Assembly (NCBI GenBank): GCA_018698735.1
Contig: JABIPD010000110.1
Coordinates: 1-33,147 of the forward strand
Direction: 5' to 3'
DNA length: 33,147 nt
Source of the DNA: Candidatus Jacksonbacteria bacterium
GTDB lineage: Bacteria > Patescibacteriota > Patescibacteriia > UBA9629 > GWA2-43-13
In this document: positions 1 through 9,009 of the stretch, one piece after another
Numbering within the stretch: the stretch's first letter is position 1
Layout: every line of letters begins with the position of its first letter
Position numbers and translations under genes: made by a program
Notes under the pieces: model-generated
Databases searched by the model: none
Seen by the model: the letters and a program-made list of their open reading frames with translations, nothing else
Told to the model about the DNA's origin: nothing

Positions 1-2459
1 AAGATTGTATTGCAGATGGATGTAATTTAGAGGTAGTTTCTTTAATAGCCGGAGGAAGTCAATCATGTCAAGAAACATTTACTCTTACGCTAAATAAGCC
101 AGTAGACACTTCGAATTTCGATTTTTCTACTCTTTCTATTATTCAAACAGTTGATGGTGAAGTCGCACCTAGAGCAGCTATCACCCCAACGCTAGATTCT
201 TCTACTCTTCCTTTTTCAAAAACACTTATATTAAAAGGAATTCCTCACGATCCACAAAAGAATTCAACCATTGCAATTGAATACACGCCTCCTGCAACAA
301 TTTCTTCTTTTGATGAGCACTCATATTCTCTTTTAGAGCAAATAGCAGTGTCACCTTTATTTGGGGAACCAGCTCCAGCTGCTATAGGAAATAGGCTCGA
401 TGTTAATGGTGATGACGCGCTTGATATATTAGACCTTATACTTGTTGCAGATAATGGAATTATTATAGATTATAATGTTGTTTGTTCAGCTGGTGTTTGT
501 TCTACAACTTATGACGCTTTAAGTGCAGCTGAATGTACTGCTCGAGAGAGCGGAGGATTTAAACCGCCAAGAATTACTCGAATATCCCCGATTGCAAATG
601 ACGCAAATGTGTGTTCTAATGTGCTTATTTCGGCTAAGTTTAATAATCAACTTGGTTCTCAGGCAATAATAGAAAGGTTAGTAACTTCAAGTCCCCCAAT
701 TGACGGAATGAAAGTAACGGTTGACGGGAAGCAAGTTAAAATTAGACCTGGGGTAGGAAAAATACTTGAAGATCCTGCTTATACTATTACTTTAGATTCT
801 GGTGACTGGGGAGAGAACGGCGAAGATATTATCTGTCAAAATGGAGACCAGCCTCCTTGTAGTTGGACTTTTGCTACAAAGGCCGAACAATGTTTAATTG
901 ATGGTGTTAAAGTTGAACCTATTGCTGTGGAGGCAAAGCTTGTGGACGAGGGTGCCACAATAAATATTCGTGAAAACATGGAAGTTGCTTTCCAGAGTAC
1001 TGCAATTGAGTTTTCTCCTTTAATGACAAACGTTTTTCGATGTTTTGGGCAAACAACTCCAGAATGTTTAGTTTGGGATCAAGACGGAGACGGTGATATT
1101 GATATAATGGACTCAGGAGAAGCTCAGAAAGATGCTCCTCCAGTAGAGCTTGCGTATCCAATGGGGGAAAAATGGAGTTTTGCAGATCCTGTTGCTCGTA
1201 TCATAGACTCAGAAGTAAATGCAGGAGCTGTTTTGATATCCGGTAATAGGGTAACAGAGGCAGTTGAAACAGTTATTCGAGCAGAAATAAGAGATCCAGT
1301 AAGTGGGGAAACAAGAACTGGTGAATACCCATTTACTGTTCGAGCATGCAAAAATCACTTTGTGATTAATGATACAAATCAAGAAGATTCTGATAATCTT
1401 AAAAAATTTCCGTATAATGAAATAAATACGAATTTTATGATTACGGACGAAGGCAGTAGGCCGAAGACCAAAGCTGTTGATTCTGTTGCAAGTACGCATT
1501 TCCATTCACATGCCTGTCTTGATGATTTTGAAGAAGATCAATATCCACGAGTTGTGAGTACAAAAAAAGCTGCAGAATTCCCTGGTAGACCATTTTTAGG
1601 TGTTCATTATGTTCAGGTACCAAATTTAGCAACACCAGAAGAACCAGATGCTATTATTGTTCTTGTTGGCAACAATAATGAAAGAGTTTCTTTAAATGAA
1701 TGGGTTACAGAGAATAACTTAGAGGTTGGTCTAGATTCTGGAAGCCTTTCGGAATCTCTTACTATAGATGGTTATCCGGCAGCTCAAAATGGTACCAGTG
1801 TCTATATAAATGGAGCAGATTTCCAAGGGAGTTTCGATCCAAACAGAGCCTTTACGAGAGTGTATCTTTTATCGTATAATGAAGGCGCTCAGGAGTCGAC
1901 AAAACGTGTATTTCAAGATTTGGTAAATAATTTTGAATTAAATACAAATCTTGGCGGTGACGCTAAGGCTCGCTTTAGTAGAGACCGCCAGCGTGTGTTT
2001 GATTTAACAAACATGCAACGAGCAATTGGTCCATATTCATTTTCTGCCCCTCAGTTGCCAGCTGGAAGCTTTGAAGAAAACCATACAACAAGTCGTTGGA
2101 ATTCTTGGACTACTGAACTTGGAGCTCGAATTGGCTTTGCCCCGGTAGATCCACGAAATGAATTTGGAGTGTGCGATGACCACGATCCAGCCACCTGTTG
2201 GAATAGAACCCTTGCTCCAGTGGAACGATTTGTATGTCCTGCTGATTCTTATGTGTATCAATATAGATATGAAGGTGGTGGATATCAATTAAAAGCAAAA
2301 TTTGAGTTCGATAAGCTTCCTGTGAATTGGCAATCACATCCGGATAATGAGTATTTAATTACTGTTCCAGCTTATGACCCCGACACTGATCCTCCTCCAC
2401 CCACAGGGCCTTATAATGAAGATTCGTGTGTAAACGTAGTATTAGAAGGTAATAGCTAA
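1..2459 (+). CDS. 5'-truncated large surface/secreted multidomain protein (dockerin/EF-hand-like Ca-binding motifs, Ig-like domain, C-terminal pilin/GspG-like helix)
   Basis: The frame of ORF 348..2459 is open back to base 3, so the true start is upstream of the window. Motifs DVNGDDALDILDLILV and DQDGDGDIDIMD (dockerin-like), PPRITRISP...ISAKFN (Big_5/Ig-like) and RDRQRVFDL (pilin-like helix); many Cys pairs. Confidence 0.8.
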   Translation, partial: DCIADGCNLEVVSLIAGGSQSCQETFTLTLNKPVDTSNFDFSTLSIIQTVDGEVAPRAAITPTLDSSTLPFSKTLILKGIPHDPQKNSTIAIEYTPPATISSFDEHSYSLLEQIAVSPLFGEPAPAAIGNRLDVNGDDALDILDLILVADNGIIIDYNVVCSAGVCSTTYDALSAAECTARESGGFKPPRITRISPIANDANVCSNVLISAKFNNQLGSQAIIERLVTSSPPIDGMKVTVDGKQVKIRPGVGKILEDPAYTITLDSGDWGENGEDIICQNGDQPPCSWTFATKAEQCLIDGVKVEPIAVEAKLVDEGATINIRENMEVAFQSTAIEFSPLMTNVFRCFGQTTPECLVWDQDGDGDIDIMDSGEAQKDAPPVELAYPMGEKWSFADPVARIIDSEVNAGAVLISGNRVTEAVETVIRAEIRDPVSGETRTGEYPFTVRACKNHFVINDTNQEDSDNLKKFPYNEINTNFMITDEGSRPKTKAVDSVASTHFHSHACLDDFEEDQYPRVVSTKKAAEFPGRPFLGVHYVQVPNLATPEEPDAIIVLVGNNNERVSLNEWVTENNLEVGLDSGSLSESLTIDGYPAAQNGTSVYINGADFQGSFDPNRAFTRVYLLSYNEGAQESTKRVFQDLVNNFELNTNLGGDAKARFSRDRQRVFDLTNMQRAIGPYSFSAPQLPAGSFEENHTTSRWNSWTTELGARIGFAPVDPRNEFGVCDDHDPATCWNRTLAPVERFVCPADSYVYQYRYEGGGYQLKAKFEFDKLPVNWQSHPDNEYLITVPAYDPDTDPPPPTGPYNEDSCVNVVLEGNS

Positions 2460-2477
2460 TTATTTAATGGCATCGAT

Positions 2478-3284
2478 ATGTTTGATGACTCACCTCAACA
2501 GCAGCCACCACCACAAAAACAAGAAACCGGAGCACAACCAGGCCCACCTGGGAATTTACCTATTGCTGATGATTTAGACTTGCAGCCACAGCAACCAGCT
2601 CCTATACCTCCCCCTCAAGAAGCTGTTCCGTCTATGAATCCTACTCCACAGCCAGTAATGCCTGTAGCCCAGCCAATGCCACAACCCACTCAGCAAGCAA
2701 CTCCTGTCGCACCTCAATCTTCGCCATTAAAACCTGTTCAACCACCTGCTCAAGAACTACCAACAGACCAACAAGAGCAGCAAAAAGTACCACAGCCATT
2801 ACCAGAAAAATCGAAGAGCAAAAAGATGCTATTATATATTATAATAGGAGGAGTAATAGTGGTTGGAGTTGTTGTTGGAATTATCCTTGCTTACAATGCA
2901 ATGACATCGCCTCCAACACTCGAAGATTTGCCTCCGATTAATCTAGATTCAAATATACCTCCAATAAATGTTCCAGTAGTTGAAGAGCCTGTTGCACAGG
3001 AGCCGACGCTTCCTTTGCCACCACCGCCGCCGCCTCCACCAATTGTTGAAGAACTTATCATTGATACCGACGGAGATGGTATACCAGATAGCGACGAAGA
3101 AGAATTTGGCACAAATGCGTTTTTCCCAGATACGGATTTTGATGGTCTTTCAGATCAGCAAGAATTAGAAATTTACTTTACCGATCCTCTTTCAAAAGAC
3201 ACTGACGGCGACGGGTTCGATGATGGCCACGAAGCTCGCAATGGATACAACCCTAATGGCCCTGGCAGAATTAATGCACAGTAA
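2478..3284 (+). CDS. Pro/Gln-rich single-pass membrane protein with C-terminal thrombospondin type-3-like Ca-binding repeats
   Basis: Low-complexity P/Q N-terminus, TM helix (LLYIIIGGVIVVGVVVGIILAY), repeats DTDGDGIPD, DTDFDGLSD, DTDGDGFDDG, ending GYNPNG. Confidence 0.85.
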   Translation: MFDDSPQQQPPPQKQETGAQPGPPGNLPIADDLDLQPQQPAPIPPPQEAVPSMNPTPQPVMPVAQPMPQPTQQATPVAPQSSPLKPVQPPAQELPTDQQEQQKVPQPLPEKSKSKKMLLYIIIGGVIVVGVVVGIILAYNAMTSPPTLEDLPPINLDSNIPPINVPVVEEPVAQEPTLPLPPPPPPPPIVEELIIDTDGDGIPDSDEEEFGTNAFFPDTDFDGLSDQQELEIYFTDPLSKDTDGDGFDDGHEARNGYNPNGPGRINAQ

Positions 3285-3322
3285 AGATATATTTTATCTA
3301 AGGTCTTAAAGACCTTAAACCT

Positions 3323-5110
3323 ATGGCAGATTTTTCATTTTCTCAACAAAAACAAAATACAAACCCCACGCCTCAGCAACAAAAGCCTCCTTCTCAGCAG
3401 CAAGCTGCTAAAGGAGCGGTTGAGGGTGTTTCTATTCATTCAATGCCAGAGCAGTTTTTACCAGCCCAGCAATCAGGAGTAAAGAAAAAGAGTGGCGGGA
3501 AAGCTAAAGGAAAACAGAGTAAGTGGGTTTTTATTGCTGCACTTTCGGGTGGGCTTATTATTGTATTAGGAATTATTGTTGCAATTATTGTGTTACTCCA
3601 ACCAAAGGAAGAAACAGCTCCTGTTGTAGATCAACAACCTGTGTCATCTGAAGTTCAACCACCAGAAGAACAATTAATTGTAGAAGAAGAACCGCTTCCA
3701 CCTAAAACAATAGAGGCTACGGTTCGTAATTTGGCTGGCAGGATACTTACCCGAGCATCTTTAAATATTCCTGCAAGCGAACAAGGAGCTAACTTTACTC
3801 TTACAGGGCGATTGGTAACAGAGAATGATTCGCTTATTCGCCAGAGTGCTATAGGTGGTGAATACGTTATTCGCCCTATTGTAACTATTGCATCACCTCT
3901 TTCATTATCAATAACATTAAGCCCAGAGGAATTAAAATTAGCAGCGAGTGATGTTGCAATTGGCGTTTGGGATGAATCCGAAAAAACATGGAATATATTA
4001 GAAGATAGCTTCTTTAATCAAGATCAAGGCCTGGTAACATCTGTGCTAGTAAGTATTACGACTGGCTCGTATGCTGTTGTTTCTCCAACGCTCGTTGAAG
4101 AACTTGCTGTAGATGAAGAAGAACCTCCAGAAGAGGAACCAGAAATTGTTACCATTGCTCGAAGTACCGACACCGACCAAGATGGGCTTACCGATTTGGA
4201 AGAGTTCTTGTATGGAACAGATCCCGCACAAGCAGACACAGATGACGATAGCTATAGAGATGGCGCCGAAGTACTTAATTTATTCTCACCGCGAAAGCCA
4301 GGAGAGGTTCGGTTGGCGCAAGAGGAGCGAATAGCCATTTATGCGAACGCAAATCATGGGTATACGCTTTTGTATCCATCTTCTTGGATTGCTTCTCCGC
4401 TCGACGAACAAACACAGAACGAAGTTTTGTTTGCCACCACAACCGATGAATACATAACCCTAGAGGTTGATCAGAATTTGGAACAGCAATCACTTGTTTC
4501 TTGGTATTCGAGCCAAGATTTAGATACTTCGATAGAGGATTTGCAGGTGCGTGTATATAATAATTTAGACATGCTTGTTTCGAAAGATTTAACGGTTTAC
4601 TACGTTCAAGTAACGGGTATGCCAAAAATATTTACGTTTACCTATCAACTAGACGGAAGAGTCTCTCTTAATTTTTTAACGACATTCGAGATGATGGTAA
4701 AAGGAATGCGAGTAGAAGGGTCAACAGAAAGAGAAGGTTCAGCATCAGCTTCAAGAGACTTGGCACGAATCGCTAGTGTTCAAAGAATTCAATCCTCATT
4801 AGCTGTGTTTTATACCGAAAATAATAGCTACCCACTTAAAGATTCACTAACGAATCTGCCGCTTTTAGACGACGGAGAAAACAGATCGTTAAAAGATATT
4901 ATGGAAGAAATCCCAACCTCTTCACTTCCTGCTGATGGAACCTGCTCTGAAGAAGAAAATGCATTTCGTTATAATCCAACAATCGAAGGCGGGCTCGCGT
5001 GTACTGCTTCTGGAGAATGCGAATCGTTTGAGTTGCGGTTTTGTTTAGGTGGAGATTCAGGTGGGCTTTTGGCTGGTGTAAGAGTGGCTTCTCCAATCGA
5101 TATACAATAA
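3323..5110 (+). CDS. Single-pass membrane surface protein with TSP3-like repeats, PsbP-like domain and C-terminal pilin/GspG-like domain
   Basis: Q-rich N-terminus, TM helix, DTDQDGLTD and DTDDDSYRDG repeats, YANANHGYTLLYPSSW (PsbP-like start), RDLARIASVQRIQSSLAVFYTENNSYP (pilin-like helix). Confidence 0.8.
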   Translation: MADFSFSQQKQNTNPTPQQQKPPSQQQAAKGAVEGVSIHSMPEQFLPAQQSGVKKKSGGKAKGKQSKWVFIAALSGGLIIVLGIIVAIIVLLQPKEETAPVVDQQPVSSEVQPPEEQLIVEEEPLPPKTIEATVRNLAGRILTRASLNIPASEQGANFTLTGRLVTENDSLIRQSAIGGEYVIRPIVTIASPLSLSITLSPEELKLAASDVAIGVWDESEKTWNILEDSFFNQDQGLVTSVLVSITTGSYAVVSPTLVEELAVDEEEPPEEEPEIVTIARSTDTDQDGLTDLEEFLYGTDPAQADTDDDSYRDGAEVLNLFSPRKPGEVRLAQEERIAIYANANHGYTLLYPSSWIASPLDEQTQNEVLFATTTDEYITLEVDQNLEQQSLVSWYSSQDLDTSIEDLQVRVYNNLDMLVSKDLTVYYVQVTGMPKIFTFTYQLDGRVSLNFLTTFEMMVKGMRVEGSTEREGSASASRDLARIASVQRIQSSLAVFYTENNSYPLKDSLTNLPLLDDGENRSLKDIMEEIPTSSLPADGTCSEEENAFRYNPTIEGGLACTASGECESFELRFCLGGDSGGLLAGVRVASPIDIQ

Positions 5111-5114
5111 TTGT

Positions 5115-5525
5115 ATGCTAGAAGTTTCGAACCAAGTTCAATCGTGGTATCAACGAAAAAGATTACTTGTTTTAATGAAAAAAGTTCAGAAGTATTGTGG
5201 AAAAAGAAATGTGTCTGTCTCTTTAGCATTTGTTACGCCGGGAGAAATGAAGAGAGTAAATACATTGTATCGAAAGAAGGATTCTGCAACAAATGTTTTA
5301 AGCTTCTTAATAGAAAAAAACCGAAAAGGATTGGTTGGCGAAGTAATAATTTGTCCATCAGTTGTTAGAAAGCAAGCGAAGCAGCAGGGTATACTTTATT
5401 CGCAACATATGGAAAGATTATTTGTTCATGGACTGTTACATGTGTGTGGTGTTCATCACACCTCCAAAAATTTAGAGAAGCGAATGGAGAAAATAGAGGA
5501 AAAAATTCTTGGAAGAAGCTTGTGA
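5115..5525 (+). CDS. ybeY: rRNA maturation endoribonuclease YbeY
   Basis: N..YRKKDSATNVLSF, GEVIIC and HGLLHVCGVHH zinc motif. Confidence 0.93.
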   Translation: MLEVSNQVQSWYQRKRLLVLMKKVQKYCGKRNVSVSLAFVTPGEMKRVNTLYRKKDSATNVLSFLIEKNRKGLVGEVIICPSVVRKQAKQQGILYSQHMERLFVHGLLHVCGVHHTSKNLEKRMEKIEEKILGRSL

Positions 5526-5600
5526 AGAGGTGAAAAGAGGAGAAGTGGTGTATACTATATATAATTAGTTAATGTATAGGTCTGGCAGGTTTTAAATGGT

Positions 5601-6836
5601 ATGAAAGATAACATTATTACAGGTCTCGACATTGGCTCGTCTATGATACGAGTTGTTGTCGGTCAAAAAATAGAGCAGGAACCCGTGCATATTATTGGTG
5701 TTGCAGAAATTCCTAGTGAGGGAATTAGCCGTGGCGTTATTAATAGTATAGAAGATGCAGTTTCTTCTATTGCAACAGCATTCGAAAAAGCAGAGCGCAT
5801 GACGGGGGTTCCATCTAAAAGTGCGTATGTTTCTATTGCAGGTACGCATATTCTTTCACAGTCATCGAGAGGTGTGGTTGCAGTTGCAAAAGCAGATGGA
5901 GAGATTCGTGAGCAAGATGTAGATAGAGCAATCGAAGCAGCCCAAGCCGTTGCCACCCCACCGAATTACGAAATATTACATGTTATTCCTCGGTCGTTTA
6001 CGGTAGATAGCCAATCGGGAATTAAAGACCCAGTTGGTATGACGGGGATTCGATTAGAAGTAGAAGCCCAAATTATACAAGGGCTTTCCGCTCAAGTTAA
6101 AAATATTACCAAGTCCGTTTACCGAACGGGCGTTGATATAGACGATGTTGTGCTTGCACCACTTGCAGCTGCCGAAGCATCACTCAATAAGCGACAAAAA
6201 GAACTTGGTGTATGTTTGGTTAATATTGGAGGTTCGACAACGTCTATAGCAGTATTTGAAGAAGGCGATGTATTGCATACCTCTATTTTACCTGTTGGAT
6301 CAACTCACATTACCTCTGATATTGCGATTGGATTGAGAACTTCCTTAGAAACAGCAGAGCTGGTAAAGGTTCGTTATGGCACGGCATTACCAGATGATAT
6401 AGACAAAAAAGAAGAGATAGATCTTTCTGAATTTGGCGATAGTGAGGAAGAGGTTGTTTCCAGGCGACATGTGGCAGATATTATTCAGGCGCGAGTAGAA
6501 GAAATTTTTCAAATGGCAGATGGCGAATTAAAGGGGATAGAGCGCTCAGGTAAACTACCAGCGGGGATTGTTATTACGGGCGGAGGCGCAAAGCTTGAAG
6601 GTTTGGTAGATATTGCTCGAAAAGAGTTTAGATTGCCAGCTTCTATTGGTTACCCGAAAGAAGTATCAAGTGCTATAGATAAAGTTCACGATCCTACCTT
6701 ATCAACAGCGGTAGGATTGGTGTTATGGGGAGACCATTTGCAGCAAGAAGGTGGCGCAGGGATGCTTTCACGGTTTTCATCGGTGCATCATGGTGTTGGA
6801 AAAATGCGCTCTTGGTTTCAATCGCTCGGAACATAG
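5601..6836 (+). CDS. ftsA: Cell division protein FtsA
   Basis: GLDIGSS, NIGGSTT, GIVITGGGAKL actin-fold motifs; directly upstream of ftsZ. Confidence 0.97.
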   Translation: MKDNIITGLDIGSSMIRVVVGQKIEQEPVHIIGVAEIPSEGISRGVINSIEDAVSSIATAFEKAERMTGVPSKSAYVSIAGTHILSQSSRGVVAVAKADGEIREQDVDRAIEAAQAVATPPNYEILHVIPRSFTVDSQSGIKDPVGMTGIRLEVEAQIIQGLSAQVKNITKSVYRTGVDIDDVVLAPLAAAEASLNKRQKELGVCLVNIGGSTTSIAVFEEGDVLHTSILPVGSTHITSDIAIGLRTSLETAELVKVRYGTALPDDIDKKEEIDLSEFGDSEEEVVSRRHVADIIQARVEEIFQMADGELKGIERSGKLPAGIVITGGGAKLEGLVDIARKEFRLPASIGYPKEVSSAIDKVHDPTLSTAVGLVLWGDHLQQEGGAGMLSRFSSVHHGVGKMRSWFQSLGT

Positions 6837-6946
6837 CAAAAAAGGTTACGAGCGTGTGTATAAAGTGTCGATAGAATACGCTTGTCTTTTTAAATGATGT
6901 AAGTTAAGATTGCACGAGTAATACTCGTCTTTTTTCACTTTAATGT

Positions 6947-8200
6947 ATGGCACAAGAAAAAACATCAGCGGAAAAAAATTCGAAAAAAGTGGCGCATGTT
7001 ACAGAGGTAACGCCAGATATTGAAACGTTCGCAAAGATTAAAGTTATTGGAGTTGGCGGATCTGGGAATGCGGCAATCACTCGAATGATGGAAGTTGGAA
7101 TTCGAGGCGTTGAGTTCCTTGGGGTCAATACCGATGCTCAAGCAATTCACCATTGTAAAGCACCTTCTAAGATTCAGATTGGGAAATCTGTTACCCGTGG
7201 ACTTGGCGCTGGAATGGACCCAGAACAAGGAAAACGCGCAGCAGAAGAAACAACCGAGGAAATTGAACAACGATTGAGTGGCGCAGATATGGTATTTATT
7301 ACCTGCGGACTTGGAGGTGGCACGGGTACCGGAGCCTCTCCGATTATTGCTCGTATTGCAAGAGACCTTGGGGCTCTAACTGTAGCGGTTGTTACAAAAC
7401 CTTTTAATTTTGAAGGAGCGCAAAGAAAGGCTATTTCTGAAAGAGGTTTCGAAGCTTTAGCAGATCAGGTAGATACTATTATATCTATTCCAAACGACAG
7501 ATTGCTTCATATTATTGATAAAAAAACGACACTTCTTGATGCATTTGAAGTCGTCGATGACGTACTTCGCCAAGGAGTACAAGGGATTTCAGAGCTTATT
7601 ACTGTTCCTGGATTAATTAACGTAGACTTTGCCGATGTAAAATCTATCATGCAGAATGCCGGCTCTGCCCTTATGGGGATTGGCCGAGGCGAAGGAGACA
7701 ACAGGGCAGCAGAAGCAGCAAAAGCTGCTATCGATAGTCCGTTGTTAGAAGTTTCGATAGATGGTGCAAAAGGAATTTTGTTTACTGTGGCAGGCGATCA
7801 GTCTTTGGGGATGTATGAAGTAAACGAAGCCGCTCAAATTATTACAAAACAAGCAGATCCAGGTGCGCGAGTTATTTTTGGAACTGTTATAGACGAAACG
7901 CTTGGAGACGAAATAAAAATTACCGTAGTTGCAACTGGCTTTAGTGATGAAGCTCTCGAGCTTGTAAGTAGAGAGAAAGCAGAGCAGTCTCAACAAGAAG
8001 AACAATCAACAGAAGAGAAGAAGCCAGAAGAAAAGAAAAAGGAATCTTCTATTTTCCACGACAGAACAGAGGAAAAAAAGAAGAAAGAGGAACCTGCTGT
8101 TATGAGTTCTCAATCATCTGAAAATAATTCATCAGCGCCAACGTTGCCAGAGGAAGATGAATTAGAAATCCCGGCATTTATCCGAAAGAAAATGGGATAG
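6947..8200 (+). CDS. ftsZ: Cell division protein FtsZ
   Basis: GVGGSG, GGGTGTG tubulin signature, INVDFADV, C-terminal LEIPAFIRKK. Confidence 0.99.
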   Translation: MAQEKTSAEKNSKKVAHVTEVTPDIETFAKIKVIGVGGSGNAAITRMMEVGIRGVEFLGVNTDAQAIHHCKAPSKIQIGKSVTRGLGAGMDPEQGKRAAEETTEEIEQRLSGADMVFITCGLGGGTGTGASPIIARIARDLGALTVAVVTKPFNFEGAQRKAISERGFEALADQVDTIISIPNDRLLHIIDKKTTLLDAFEVVDDVLRQGVQGISELITVPGLINVDFADVKSIMQNAGSALMGIGRGEGDNRAAEAAKAAIDSPLLEVSIDGAKGILFTVAGDQSLGMYEVNEAAQIITKQADPGARVIFGTVIDETLGDEIKITVVATGFSDEALELVSREKAEQSQQEEQSTEEKKPEEKKKESSIFHDRTEEKKKKEEPAVMSSQSSENNSSAPTLPEEDELEIPAFIRKKMG

Positions 8201-8213
8201 AAAAAATATGTAT

Positions 8214-8252
8214 AAAAAAGAGAGGTCTTTAAAAAAGAAAGACCTCTTTTTT
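8214..8252. terminator. Bidirectional intrinsic terminator after ftsZ
   Basis: AAAAAAGAGAGGTCTTT...AAAGACCTCTTTTTT inverted repeat flanked by A and T tracts. Confidence 0.85.
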
Positions 8253-8303
8253 AGTACTCAATAATAATTCCGCCCAACTTGTCCACAGTTTTGTTTCTGA
8301 ATC

Positions 8304-8352
8304 AAACAATATGTTGTGGTATAATTGTATTTGGAAACACAATATATGGTGT
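8304..8352 (+). promoter_or_regulatory. Tandem NrdR boxes flanking an extended -10 promoter of nrdR-nrdJ
   Basis: AAACAATATGTTGTGG (8304-8319) and ACACAATATATGGTGT (8337-8352) match the NrdR-box consensus acaCwAtATaTwGtgt, 33 bp apart; TGGTATAAT (8317-8325) lies between them. Confidence 0.88.
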
Positions 8353-8386
8353 TTCGCTGAAGTCTTCACATCTTAATGGAATATCT

Positions 8387-8872
8387 ATGCTTTGTCCTGC
8401 ATGCGGAAAATCAGAAACTCGTGTGCTCGATTCACGTATTGGCTCTGACGGATTATCTATCCGTCGAAGAAGGGAATGCATGAAATGTTTGTTTCGAGTT
8501 TCTACGGTAGAAGAAGTAGAAATACTTGGTCTTGTTGTGGTAAAGCAAGGCGGCAAAAGAGAACCCTATGCTCGAGAAAAAATTACGACCGGGCTTAAGC
8601 GTGCATTGTATAAGCGGCCGCAGTCAGAAGATAGGCTTAAGCAGCTTGTACAAAAAATAGAAAGAGACATTCAGCTTAAGTTTACAGGAGAGGTGAGCAG
8701 TGACGAAGTTGGTACTATTGTTATGAAGCATCTTCGAAGATTCGATAAGATTGCATACATTCGTTTTGCTTCGGTCTATAGGCAATTTTCCGATATTAAT
8801 GTTTTTCACGAAGAGGTAAATGCCTTGTTGCCAAAATCTCGAAAAAAGAAAACAAAATCATCTTCCAAATAA
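8387..8872 (+). CDS. nrdR: Transcriptional repressor NrdR
   Basis: MLCPACG...RVLDSR...RRRECMKC zinc ribbon plus ATP-cone ending AYIRFASVYR. Start moved to ATG 8387 because the longer ORF runs through the operator. Confidence 0.96.
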   Translation: MLCPACGKSETRVLDSRIGSDGLSIRRRRECMKCLFRVSTVEEVEILGLVVVKQGGKREPYAREKITTGLKRALYKRPQSEDRLKQLVQKIERDIQLKFTGEVSSDEVGTIVMKHLRRFDKIAYIRFASVYRQFSDINVFHEEVNALLPKSRKKKTKSSSK

Positions 8873-9009
8873 TTGTACTGCTAGAAAGTAATTCAATTTA
8901 ATATAACTCGGTTCTTCCCCGATAAAATTAAATTGAGTTAGTTGTTAGAAGTAACAAAATCTTTCATACATCTTTAAAATAAGAAGGTGTATAAAAGACC
9001 CCATGTAAT

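Noticed and set aside
348..350. ORF-track start of the first gene
   Set aside because: The frame is open back to the window edge, so the gene starts upstream.
2478..3060. CRISPR or DNA tandem repeats in the P/Q-rich region (and elsewhere)
   Set aside because: Only protein-level low complexity; no regularly spaced identical repeats.
8279..8386. N-terminal extension of NrdR
   Set aside because: It overlaps the NrdR boxes and -10; the conserved protein starts at MLCP (8387).
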